Source: Demequinaceae bacterium | Lineage (GTDB): Bacteria > Actinomycetota > Actinomycetes > Actinomycetales > JAJYRW01 | Reading direction: 5' to 3' | Assembly (NCBI GenBank): GCA_027322505.1 | Contig: DAHVRJ010000002.1 | Location: 1-50,771, forward strand | Length of the DNA stretch: 50,771 nt | Part shown: piece after piece, positions 19,010-27,393 of the stretch | Position numbering within the stretch: position 1 is the first letter of the stretch | Layout of the letters: the number at the start of each line of letters is the position of its first letter | Program-made: the position numbers and the translations under genes | Notes under the pieces: model-generated | What the model saw: only the letters and a program-made list of their open reading frames with translations | The model's database searches: none | Told to the model about the DNA's origin: nothing

Positions 19010-20215
19010 GTGAGACCGACACGCGCACTGCTACTAGAAAATCTTCACCCCCTCGCTGACACGGTGTTGGAAGCGCAAGGAATCGAAATTGAGCGCCGGT
19101 CCGGCGCCCTGGATGAAGACGAACTCATTACTGCGCTGCAGGATTTCGACCTGCTCGGGATTCGATCTAAAACCCAGGTCACGGAACGCGTCCTGCGCGG
19201 CGCACCGCACTTAAAGGCAATTGGTGCTTTTTGCATCGGTACGAATCAGATTGATTTGGATACTGCCCGGGATGTGGGCGTGGCGGTCTTTAACGCGCCG
19301 TTCTCTAACACCCGCTCTGTCGTTGAGTTGGCAATCGCGGAAATCATTGCACTTACGCGCCGCCTGACCGTGCGCGATAAAGCGCTGCACGCGGGCGTGT
19401 GGGATAAGACTGCCGAGGGCGCCCATGAGGTGCGCGGCCGCACACTGGGCATTGTGGGCTATGGCAACATCGGGTCCCAGCTCTCGGTCATCGCCGAGGC
19501 CCTGGGCATGCGCGTAATTTTCTACGATACGGCCGAGAAGCTGGCGCTAAGTAACGCCCAGCGCGCTGAGACGCTCGATGAGGTCCTCACCACGGCCGAT
19601 GTCGTTACCCTGCACGTTGATGGCCGGGCGGGCAATGCCGGGATGTTCGGCGAGGAGCAGTTCTCGCAGATGAAAGACGGCTCGATTTTCATCAACCTTT
19701 CCCGCGGTTTCGTCGTGGATCTCGAATCCCTGGCTCAGCACATCACCTCGGGCCACATTGCCGGCGCGGCGGTAGACGTTTTCCCGCAGGAGCCGAAAAA
19801 GCGGGGCGAAAAGTTTGAATCCGTACTATGCGGTTTAGATAACGTGATATTGACCCCGCACGTGGGCGGTTCTACTGAAGAGGCCCAGGAAAATATCGGC
19901 CAGTTCGTTGCCACGAAACTGCGCGATTACCTCAAGTACGGCGCCACGACGCTGAGCGTAAACCTTCCCAATCTCGCGCTGCAGGCGGTGCCAGGTTCTG
20001 ATCGCATCACCCATCTGCATCGCAACGTGCCAGGTGTAATGGCGCGGATGAACCAAATTTTGGCTGAGCACGGCGTGAATATTGATGGGCAGTTGCTAGC
20101 CACCGAGGGCGAAGTCGGCTACGCGGTAACCGATATAAGTTCCGGGTTAGATACGGAGACGGTCCAGAAGTTGCGGGAATTGGACGAAACGATTTTGCTG
20201 CGAGTTGTCAAATAG
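19010..20215 (+). CDS. serA: D-3-phosphoglycerate dehydrogenase (short type with C-terminal ACT domain)
   Basis: GIRSKT, FCIGTNQIDL, NAPFSNTRSVVEL, GYGNIG, TPHVGGSTEEAQ, H.NVPGV. Start 19010 or 18971. Confidence 0.95.
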   Translation: MRPTRALLLENLHPLADTVLEAQGIEIERRSGALDEDELITALQDFDLLGIRSKTQVTERVLRGAPHLKAIGAFCIGTNQIDLDTARDVGVAVFNAPFSNTRSVVELAIAEIIALTRRLTVRDKALHAGVWDKTAEGAHEVRGRTLGIVGYGNIGSQLSVIAEALGMRVIFYDTAEKLALSNAQRAETLDEVLTTADVVTLHVDGRAGNAGMFGEEQFSQMKDGSIFINLSRGFVVDLESLAQHITSGHIAGAAVDVFPQEPKKRGEKFESVLCGLDNVILTPHVGGSTEEAQENIGQFVATKLRDYLKYGATTLSVNLPNLALQAVPGSDRITHLHRNVPGVMARMNQILAEHGVNIDGQLLATEGEVGYAVTDISSGLDTETVQKLRELDETILLRVVK

Positions 20216-20254
20216 CAAAAGCGCTTAATGGTCAGTTCGGAGTAGGCTTTGTCT

Positions 20255-21286
20255 ATGTATCAAGCAAATCCGGACCGTTATGACCAGATTCCCTATCGCC
20301 GGGTTGGAAACAGCGGCCTTCTTCTCCCCATAATTTCACTGGGGCTGTGGCACAACTTCGGCGATGATGTCCCCCTTGAACGCCAGCGCAGCATTTTGCG
20401 GCGCGCCTTTGATCGGGGAGTAACCCACTTTGATCTTGCAAATAACTACGGTCCTCCCCCGGGGAGTTCGGAAATTAACTTCGGACGCATCCTGCGGGAG
20501 GATTTTCACGCCTACCGTGATGAGTTAATCATTTCTTCCAAGGCCGGATATGACATGTGGCCCGGCCCCTACGGCATCGGTGGTTCGCGCAAATACCTAC
20601 TCGCCAGCCTCGATCAGTCGCTGCAGCGGATGGAACTTGACTATGTCGACATCTTTTACTCCCACCGCTTTGACCCAGATACCCCACTGGAGGAAACGCT
20701 GGGCGCCCTCGATCACGCGGTGCGCTCGGGTAAAGCTCTTTATGTCGGAATTTCTTCCTACTCTGGTAAGCGCACGCAAGAGGCAGTGAAGATCTTGCAA
20801 GAGATGGGTACACCGCTGCTAATCCATCAGCCCTCGTATTCCATGATTAACCGCTGGATTGAGGACGGCGACCCCTCGCTTTTGGATGTTTTGGGCGCCG
20901 AAGCAGTGGGTTGCATCGCGTTTTCTCCGCTTGCGCAGGGATTGTTGACCCCGAAGTATCTTTCGGGAATTCCGAAGGACTCGCGGATGAGTCAGGGGAA
21001 GTCCATGTCGCAAGACATGCTCACCGACGACGTACTTGAAAGGCTGCGAGCCCTAAATTCTATTGCTGAAAAGCGGGGCCAATCGCTGGCCCAAATGGCC
21101 TTGGCCTGGGTGCTGCGCGATGAACGCGTCACCTCAGCACTGATTGGCGCCAGCTCAGTCGAACAACTTGATCAGAACCTGGATACCACGCAAAATCTTA
21201 AGTTTTCTGACGCGGAGCTTAAAGAGATCGAAAAGTACGCTGTCGATGCTGACGTAAATATTTGGCGTCGCTCTTCTTTCGCCTAA
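20255..21286 (+). CDS. mgrA: Aldo-keto reductase, L-glyceraldehyde 3-phosphate reductase (YghZ/MgrA) type
   Basis: SLGLWHNFG, HFDLANNYGPPPGS, SSKAGYDMWPGPYG, GSRKYL, IHQPSYS, FSPLAQGLLT; -10 TAGGCT 6 nt upstream. Confidence 0.9.
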   Translation: MYQANPDRYDQIPYRRVGNSGLLLPIISLGLWHNFGDDVPLERQRSILRRAFDRGVTHFDLANNYGPPPGSSEINFGRILREDFHAYRDELIISSKAGYDMWPGPYGIGGSRKYLLASLDQSLQRMELDYVDIFYSHRFDPDTPLEETLGALDHAVRSGKALYVGISSYSGKRTQEAVKILQEMGTPLLIHQPSYSMINRWIEDGDPSLLDVLGAEAVGCIAFSPLAQGLLTPKYLSGIPKDSRMSQGKSMSQDMLTDDVLERLRALNSIAEKRGQSLAQMALAWVLRDERVTSALIGASSVEQLDQNLDTTQNLKFSDAELKEIEKYAVDADVNIWRRSSFA

Positions 21287-21326
21287 GGCGCGCATCGATA
21301 CGCATTAGGACCAGCAAAAACGGAGC

Positions 21327-21361
21327 AAGAGGGGCGCGGCGGGTGCCGCGCCCCTCTTTTT
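21327..21361 (+). terminator. Intrinsic terminator between convergent aldo-keto reductase and nrdJ
   Basis: AAGAGGGGCGCGGC-gggt-GCCGCGCCCCTCTT-TTT: 14-bp perfect inverted repeat plus U tract. Confidence 0.85.
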
Positions 21362-21411
21362 GTATCTACTGGCCTGCTGCTGAGCAGGTGTGGGGAATTA
21401 CCTACTGGTGT

Positions 21412-24279
21412 TTAGCTGCATCCGGAGGTGTTGCCGCAGCCTTCACAGACGTGGCAGGACCCCGACGGGCGCATCTTGGTTCCGCAGGTCATGCAGATCG
21501 GCGCATCGGCTGCCCGCCCCTGTAGTTTTTCCACCAAATCGGCAGATGACGTTACGTCTTTGGGAGCTTCCTTCGCAATCGCCGAGCCACTGGTTTCTTC
21601 GGGGTTAGAACTGCTGACCGAAGTGGCTGCTGATTGCGCGAAAGACTCCAGCTCGCTATCCGTATCGGCTTCGGATATTTCTTCATACATACCGGTGTCA
21701 AGCTGATGCTCCCGCTCGGCAGCGGTGTAGATCCCGAGCGCGGAGCGTTCATCGAAGGGTAGGTAGTCCAAAGCCAGGCGGCGGAAGATGTAGTCCATGA
21801 CGGATTGCGCCATGCGCACGTCCGGGTCATCCGTCAAACCAGCCGGTTCGAAGCGCAGGTTGGTGAACTTCTCAACATAGGTTTCCAGCGGTACACCGTA
21901 CTGCAGGCCAATACTGACTGCGATCGAAAATGCGTCCATGACCCCGGCCAGGGTGGACCCCTGCTTACCGAGCTTCAAGAAGACTTCGCCCAGCCCATTG
22001 TCTGGATATGAACCGGCGGTTAAGTAGCCCTCAGCGCCGCCGACCGTGAATGAGGTCGTGATGCTCGGGCGGGATTTGGGCAACCGCTTCCGGGTGGCTC
22101 GTGCTTCCACGACGACTTCTTTTTCTTCCGAATCAGCAGAATCCGATTCATTCTTACCACCGGAGAGGGGCTGACCCACCTTGCAGTTATCGCGGTAGAC
22201 GGCAAGCGCCTTCAGCCCCATGCGCCAGCCTTCGTAGTAGACCTCTTCGATCTCTTCAACGGTGGCACTTTCGGGCAAGTTGACCGTCTTCGAAATGGCA
22301 CCGGATAAGAACGGCTGGACGGCTGCCATCATGCGAACGTGCCCCATGGCGGAAATTGCCCGGGCGCCTACAGCACAGTCAAAGACCTCATAGTGTTCGG
22401 GCTTGAGTCCGGGGGCATCGATCACGTGACCATTTTCGGCGATGTGCTCGACAATTGCTTCCACCGTCTCTTCGGTGTAGCCGAACTTGCGCAGCGCGCG
22501 GGGAATTGTTTGGTTAACAATCTGCATCGAGCCGCCACCCACCAGCTTCTTGTACTTCACTAGTGAGAAGTCCGGTTCAATACCGGTGGTGTCGCAGTCC
22601 ATCATGAATCCGATGGTGCCGGTGGGAGCCAAAACCGAAGCCTGCGAGTTGCGCCACCCGTATTTTCCGCCGATTTCCAGGACCTGTTCCCAAGCGCGCG
22701 TCGCATGGCGGTGCACATCGCGGTCTACGGCGTGGAGCGTGCGGATTTCATCGTTCGCTGCCGCATGCTTGCGCATGACGCGTCCGTGGCCTTCGGCGTT
22801 TTGGGCATAGCCCTCATATGGGCCAACTACGCCTGCCAGTTCAGCAGAGCGGCGGTAAGCGGTGCCCGTCATTAGCGAGGTGATGGAGGCTGCCAGTGCG
22901 CGGCCGCCCTCGGAGTCATATGCCAACCCGCTGGCCATGAGCAGTGCGCCTAGGTTTGCATAACCAATACCCAGTTGCCTAAATGCCCGCGTGGTATCGC
23001 CAATTGCCTGCGTCGGGAAGTCGGCAAAGCAGATAGAGATATCCATTGCGGTGATGACCAGTTCGACTGCCCGCTCAAACCGTTCGGCGTCAAAAGTGTG
23101 GTCATCATTGAGGAACTTCATCAGGTTCAGGCTGGCCAGGTTGCAGCTTGAGTTATCAAGGTGCATGTACTCCGAACAGGGATTCGAAGCATTGATTCGG
23201 CCCGACTCTGGCGAGGTGTGCCAGTCGTTGATCGTGTCGTCGTACTGGATCCCGGGGTCAGCACACGCCCACGCCGCGTCCGCCATCTTGCGGAATAGGT
23301 CTTTTGCTGGGACCTCATCAATGACCTCGCCGGTCAGCCGACTGCGCAGCCCAAAGTTGGAGCCGGACTCATAGGCGCGCATGAACTCATCGCTAACGCG
23401 AACGGAGTTGTTCGCGTTCTGGTACTGCACCGACGTAATGTCGGCACCGCCTAAGTCCATGTCGAATCCGCCATCACGCAGTACGCGAATCTTTTCTTCT
23501 TCGCGTGCTTTGGTTTCGATGAACTCTTCAACATCGGGGTGGTCAATATCGAGCACGACCATCTTCGCCGCCCGACGCGTTGCCCCGCCCGACTTAATCG
23601 TGCCCGCCGAAGCGTCAGCACCGCGCATGAACGAAACCGGGCCGGAGGCGGTACCACCAGAAGAGCGCAGCAGTTCCTTCGATGAGCGAATGCGCGAGAG
23701 GTTTAAACCAGCGCCCGATCCGCCCTTAAAGATCATTCCTTCTTCGCGGTACCAGTTCAAGATTGAGTCCATCGAGTCATCCACGGACAGGATGAAGCAT
23801 GCGGAAACCTGCTGGGGCGAACTGGTACCCACGTTGAACCACACTGGTGAGTTAAACGAGAAGACCTGGTGCAAAAGCATGTAGGTCAATTCGTGCTCAA
23901 AAATTTCAGCCTGCTCATCGGAAGAGAAATAGCCGTGCTCTTTACCAGCGCGTGTATAGGTCAATACAACGCGATCGATCAACTGTTTGAGTGAGTTTTC
24001 TCGATCGGGCGAACCTACCGCGCCGCGGAAGTACTTTGTGGTGACGATCGTCGAGGCATTTAATGACCAAGACTGCGGGAACTCCACCCCGTGCTGTTCG
24101 AAGATGGTCTCGCCAGTCCGCCAGTCCGTCTGGACGACATCGCGGCGCTCCCAGGTCACATCGTCATAGGGATGCACTCCGGCTTTAGTCCACACCCGCT
24201 CCATTTTCAGCGGAGCTTTGGCCGCACCATTTGCGCCCGCTCGCTTCTTAGCGGATGTGTCTGATGTGGTCTCAGTCAT
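21412..24279 (-). CDS. nrdJ: Adenosylcobalamin-dependent (class II) ribonucleotide reductase
   Basis: FNSPVWFN, SACF, IKSGGATRRAAKM, SNPCSE, CNLASLN, LAPTGTI, ISKTVN, C-terminal CxxC..CxxC; downstream of nrdR; no intein. Confidence 0.96.
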   Translation of the reverse strand: MTETTSDTSAKKRAGANGAAKAPLKMERVWTKAGVHPYDDVTWERRDVVQTDWRTGETIFEQHGVEFPQSWSLNASTIVTTKYFRGAVGSPDRENSLKQLIDRVVLTYTRAGKEHGYFSSDEQAEIFEHELTYMLLHQVFSFNSPVWFNVGTSSPQQVSACFILSVDDSMDSILNWYREEGMIFKGGSGAGLNLSRIRSSKELLRSSGGTASGPVSFMRGADASAGTIKSGGATRRAAKMVVLDIDHPDVEEFIETKAREEEKIRVLRDGGFDMDLGGADITSVQYQNANNSVRVSDEFMRAYESGSNFGLRSRLTGEVIDEVPAKDLFRKMADAAWACADPGIQYDDTINDWHTSPESGRINASNPCSEYMHLDNSSCNLASLNLMKFLNDDHTFDAERFERAVELVITAMDISICFADFPTQAIGDTTRAFRQLGIGYANLGALLMASGLAYDSEGGRALAASITSLMTGTAYRRSAELAGVVGPYEGYAQNAEGHGRVMRKHAAANDEIRTLHAVDRDVHRHATRAWEQVLEIGGKYGWRNSQASVLAPTGTIGFMMDCDTTGIEPDFSLVKYKKLVGGGSMQIVNQTIPRALRKFGYTEETVEAIVEHIAENGHVIDAPGLKPEHYEVFDCAVGARAISAMGHVRMMAAVQPFLSGAISKTVNLPESATVEEIEEVYYEGWRMGLKALAVYRDNCKVGQPLSGGKNESDSADSEEKEVVVEARATRKRLPKSRPSITTSFTVGGAEGYLTAGSYPDNGLGEVFLKLGKQGSTLAGVMDAFSIAVSIGLQYGVPLETYVEKFTNLRFEPAGLTDDPDVRMAQSVMDYIFRRLALDYLPFDERSALGIYTAAEREHQLDTGMYEEISEADTDSELESFAQSAATSVSSSNPEETSGSAIAKEAPKDVTSSADLVEKLQGRAADAPICMTCGTKMRPSGSCHVCEGCGNTSGCS

Positions 24280-24362
24280 CTGAGGTCTCCTCCACGATGC
24301 TCATAATATTTGCGGTCAGCACAGCCAACCGCCTGTCAGATTTCCAGTGCAATTGAATTTTT

Positions 24363-24410
24363 AAAGAATGCCGACGGTGGCGTGGGCTTCCCCTCCCAGC
24401 CACCGTCGGC
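24363..24410 (-). terminator. Strong hairpin with AUUCUUU tail directly after the nrdR stop
   Basis: 12-bp perfect inverted repeat GCCGACGGTGGC (24370-24381) / GCCACCGTCGGC (24399-24410), extendable by TGGG/CCCA. Confidence 0.55.
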
Positions 24411-24411
24411 T

Positions 24412-24873
24412 TTACGGCGCTGCGTCAGCGCTAGCGGCACGCAGCGAGCTAATGGCTTTCTCAAAGTCTTCGAGCGAATCGAATGCCTGATACACACTGG
24501 CAAAGCGCAAATACGCGACCTCGTCCAGTTCCCGAAGCGGACCTAAAATCGCTAGACCGACGTCATCGGCTTGGATTTCTGCCACTCCCGATGCCCGGAC
24601 TGCTTCTTCGACTCGCTGCGCCAACAAGTCCAAATCGTCCTGATTCACAGGACGGCCCTGGCAGGCTTTACCCACGCCGGCTGCGACCTTTTGACGACTA
24701 AATGGTTCGGTAACTCCGGAGCGTTTGATTACTGTCAGGCTCGCGTTTTCCACCGTCGTGAAACGGCGCCCACACTCGGGGCACTGGCGCCGTCGCCGAA
24801 TAGATGCCCCATCATCGGAGGTGCGAGAATCCACTACGCGGCTGTCAGAAAACCGACAAAACGGGCAATGCAT
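24412..24873 (-). CDS. nrdR: Transcriptional repressor NrdR
   Basis: [32 protein letters not shown] cone, [13 protein letters not shown]; RBS AGGAGGTG. Confidence 0.98.
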   Translation of the reverse strand: MHCPFCRFSDSRVVDSRTSDDGASIRRRRQCPECGRRFTTVENASLTVIKRSGVTEPFSRQKVAAGVGKACQGRPVNQDDLDLLAQRVEEAVRASGVAEIQADDVGLAILGPLRELDEVAYLRFASVYQAFDSLEDFEKAISSLRAASADAAP

Positions 24874-24887
24874 ATTCTCTCACCTCC

Positions 24888-24950
24888 TGTGGAAGAACCT
24901 GTTCGAACTGTGGACGGTGGCCCACTTCTTGTGGATAGCCTTGTGGACTA
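24888..24950. promoter_or_regulatory. Four same-orientation DnaA-box-like 9-mers
   Basis: TGTGGAAGA (24888), TGTGGACGG (24909), TGTGGATAG (24930), TGTGGACTA (24942); each 1-2 mismatches from TGTGGA[T/C]AA; first three spaced 21 bp. Confidence 0.5.
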
Positions 24951-24997
24951 CATATGGCCGGATCACAGCCATGTAACTACTATATGTAGTGATACTA
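24945..24997 (-). promoter_or_regulatory. Tandem NrdR boxes and -10 element of the nrdR-nrdJ promoter
   Basis: GGACTACATATGGCCG (24945-24960) and CTACTATATGTAGTGA (24977-24992), 32 bp apart, match acaCwAtATaTwGtgt; TAGTAT on the minus strand at 24997-24992. Confidence 0.85.
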
Positions 24998-25049
24998 CGC
25001 CCCTTTCCGCCCACGAGGCAAGCCGGGGGCACCGAGGCGCGTTGCGGCG

Positions 25050-25766
25050 CTACAAACTGCGCAAAACGGAAACTACGCGCCCTAAAATTTGCGCCTCATC
25101 CCCCAAGATGGGCTCGTAATCGCGATTTTGCGGCAGGAGCCAGATGTGCCCATCCACCCGCTTCAGCGTCTTCACAGTTGCCTCCCCATCGAGAAGCGCG
25201 GCAACAATTTCTCCGTTTTCAGCTACCGGCTGGCGGCGCACTACCACCCAGTCACCGTCACAGATAGCCGCCTCAATCATTGAGTCACCTTGAACGCGGA
25301 GTAAAAATAACTCGCCCTCGCCCACAAGCTGCCGCGGAAGTGGGAAGACGTCATCAACTACCTGGTCCGCCAAAATCGGTCCCCCGGCAGCGATTCGCCC
25401 CACAACTGGAACGTAGGAGGGTGCCGGCTTCTCATCGCTACTCTGACTCGATGCGGCTTCCGCGCCCCCCTCACCCAAGGGCGCAACAGTTTGCGAGTCG
25501 TCAGGCAAGACTATTTCAATCGCGCGCGGGCGATTTGGGTCGCGCCGCACAAAGCCCTTTCGCTCCAGGGCCATCAACTGATGCTTAACGCTGGAGGGAC
25601 TCGTTAAGCCAACGGCCGAGCCAATCTCGCGCATACTGGGCGGATACCCACGCTCGGTTACTGAGGAGCGAATGCAATCGAGCACTAGCCGCTGACGCGA
25701 TGTCAGACCATCGCCCTCTAAGTCAGCAATCCCGGGCTCGAAAGCCCCCTCATCCTCCGCGGTCAC
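25050..25766 (-). CDS. lexA: SOS repressor LexA
   Basis: [29 protein letters not shown] (A-G cleavage site), GDSM, ATVK. Start moved to GTG 25766 (RBS GAGGAGG). Confidence 0.97.
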   Translation of the reverse strand: MTAEDEGAFEPGIADLEGDGLTSRQRLVLDCIRSSVTERGYPPSMREIGSAVGLTSPSSVKHQLMALERKGFVRRDPNRPRAIEIVLPDDSQTVAPLGEGGAEAASSQSSDEKPAPSYVPVVGRIAAGGPILADQVVDDVFPLPRQLVGEGELFLLRVQGDSMIEAAICDGDWVVVRRQPVAENGEIVAALLDGEATVKTLKRVDGHIWLLPQNRDYEPILGDEAQILGRVVSVLRSL

Positions 25767-25862
25767 TTGCGCCTCCTCGTCTCCTGATCGCCACCCCCGC
25801 CCGATGTGCAAGATGCCTGAATGAACCTTGCAACCCCAGCCCAACTGCAAGCCGGCCGGAAA

Positions 25863-25884
25863 TGTCAGAGGTCGCTGATCAACT
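25863..25884 (+). promoter_or_regulatory. Imperfect PafBC/RecA-NDp-type promoter facing the LysM gene
   Basis: TGTCAG-aggtcgctga-TCAACT: N10 spacing is right, but the -10 lacks the conserved A. Confidence 0.4.
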
Positions 25885-25894
25885 TGTGCTCAAC

Positions 25895-25917
25895 AGGCTA
25901 TTGGGCCCTACCGACAA
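25895..25917 (-). promoter_or_regulatory. PafBC/RecA-NDp-type promoter facing lexA
   Basis: Minus strand tTGTCGG-tagggcccaa-TAGCCT, an exact match to TGTCRG-N10-TAnnnT. Confidence 0.8.
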
Positions 25918-25920
25918 TAA

Positions 25921-25936
25921 TCAAACACCTGTTCGA
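25921..25936. promoter_or_regulatory. SOS (LexA) box
   Basis: TCAAAC-acct-GTTCGA versus actinobacterial TCGAAC-N4-GTTCGA. Confidence 0.8.
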
Positions 25937-25973
25937 GCGTGTTGCAGACAAGCGCGAACAGATGTGATAGAAA

Positions 25974-26004
25974 TCGTACATACGTTCGTCGAACAAGTGT
26001 TCTA
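25974..26004. promoter_or_regulatory. Two abutting SOS boxes just before the LysM gene RBS
   Basis: TCGTAC-atac-GTTCGT (25974-25989) and TCGAAC-aagt-GTTCTA (25989-26004). Confidence 0.85.
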
Positions 26005-26013
26005 GGAGAAACA

Positions 26014-26364
26014 GTGGCTACTCAATCCGGCAGTGCAGTAACCAGCGCTTCCCGACCCGGTGGCGCGCGAACCCTGCGACTGACCCGGCGCGGGCGACTA
26101 GTTGTGAGCGCACTTGCTGCTTTAGGAATTGTTGGTTCCGTACTTGTAGCGGGCACCGCAGTTGCTACGGATCCAGAACCTCCAATGGAGGTTGCAACTG
26201 TCACCATCGCTCCGGGAGAAACGCTGTGGCACCACGCGCAAGACGTGCCGACCGCGGGGCAAGATCTGCGCGACGTGGTGGACACGATTATGGAGATTAA
26301 CGGGCTGTCAACTTCTCAGTTGCAGGCCGGGCAACAGCTCCTGATACCGACTGCGCTCGAATAA
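26014..26364 (+). CDS. LysM-domain membrane protein, ChiZ/DivS/YneA-like SOS division inhibitor
   Basis: LRLTRRGR, TM helix, VTIAPGETLW...DLRDVVDTIMEINGL...LQAGQQLLIP; divergent from lexA; RBS AGGAG before GTG 26014. Confidence 0.88.
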   Translation: MATQSGSAVTSASRPGGARTLRLTRRGRLVVSALAALGIVGSVLVAGTAVATDPEPPMEVATVTIAPGETLWHHAQDVPTAGQDLRDVVDTIMEINGLSTSQLQAGQQLLIPTALE

Positions 26365-26374
26365 GAGCGGGATT

Positions 26375-27358
26375 TTAAAGCCCAAATTCCTTTGCCACAG
26401 CGCGCACCGCTTTCGCCGAACGCAGCATTCCGCGGTGTTCTTCAATCGAGAAGTTGATCGGCAGCACCGTTTCAATACCGGCGCGGCCCACGATCGTCGG
26501 CACTGAAAGACAAACATCGTCAATACCGGCGTAATCATTCAACAGCGACGAAACGGGCAGTACGCGCTGCTCGTCTTTTAACACCGCTTCAATGATGCGC
26601 GCGCCGGCCATCCCGATCGCGTAGTTGGTTGCGCCCTTACCCTCAATTACCTGATACGCCGCGGTTATTACTTCCCTTTCAATTGCTTTGCGCTCGTTCT
26701 CATCAAGGGATCCGCGACCGGTCTCATTCCACTGTAAGAGCGGAACCGAGCCAATGAAGGCCGAACTCCACAGTGGAATTTCACTATCCCCGTGCTCACC
26801 GGCTATGTAGGCGTGGACGTTTTGTACCGCGACGTTGAGTTTATTTGCCACTAGATAGCGCAGGCGTGAAGAGTCCAGAACAGTACCGGTTCCAAAAAGC
26901 CGATTGGGCGGCAACTGCGAGAATTTCAATGCCGCATAAGTAACGACGTCGACCGGATTGGTGACCATTAGGTAGATGGCATCGGGTGCTACCTCGATAA
27001 GTTCGGGCATGAGTACGCGCGTTAAATCGATCGTTGCGCCGGCCAGTTCCAATCGTGATTGGCCCGGTTGCTGTTTGGCACCCGCCGTTACAACAACGAT
27101 GTCAGCGTCGCGGCATACCTCGATATCGTCGGAGCCAATAACCTGCGCCGCCGGCATGAACTGGGATCCATGACCAAGGTCAAGTGCTTCAGCGCGCACT
27201 TTGTCCGTATTCAGGTCATATAGGGCTACCGTGCGGGCCACTCCCCGCATTAAACACGCGTAGGCCAGCGTCGAGCCCACACTTCCAGCTCCGACTATCG
27301 CGACTTTAGACGGACGCCCAATTCCTTGGCCGGTATGCGCACCAGTTACCAGTTCCAA
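26375..27358 (-). CDS. ldh: L-lactate dehydrogenase
   Basis: GAGSVG, TAGAKQQPGQSRLEL, TNPVD, GTVLDSSR, GEHGDS, KGATNYAIG; TTG start with GAGGAG RBS. Confidence 0.95.
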   Translation of the reverse strand: MELVTGAHTGQGIGRPSKVAIVGAGSVGSTLAYACLMRGVARTVALYDLNTDKVRAEALDLGHGSQFMPAAQVIGSDDIEVCRDADIVVVTAGAKQQPGQSRLELAGATIDLTRVLMPELIEVAPDAIYLMVTNPVDVVTYAALKFSQLPPNRLFGTGTVLDSSRLRYLVANKLNVAVQNVHAYIAGEHGDSEIPLWSSAFIGSVPLLQWNETGRGSLDENERKAIEREVITAAYQVIEGKGATNYAIGMAGARIIEAVLKDEQRVLPVSSLLNDYAGIDDVCLSVPTIVGRAGIETVLPINFSIEEHRGMLRSAKAVRAVAKEFGL

Positions 27359-27393
27359 TTATCTCTCCTCGCTATTTTTAAACAAACGATCTT

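Noticed and set aside
19004-19019. TCGAAC-gtga-GACCGA at the serA start as an SOS box
   Set aside because: The right half-site lacks the GTTC core and lies in coding sequence.
24280-24411. Cobalamin riboswitch before nrdJ (contains GGGAAG)
   Set aside because: Too short and lacks the GCCACUG and other conserved core elements.
24891-24908. SOS box upstream of nrdR (shares ACCTGTTCGA with the lexA-side box)
   Set aside because: Spacing is GAAC-N2-GTTC rather than N4, so only one good half-site; at most vestigial.
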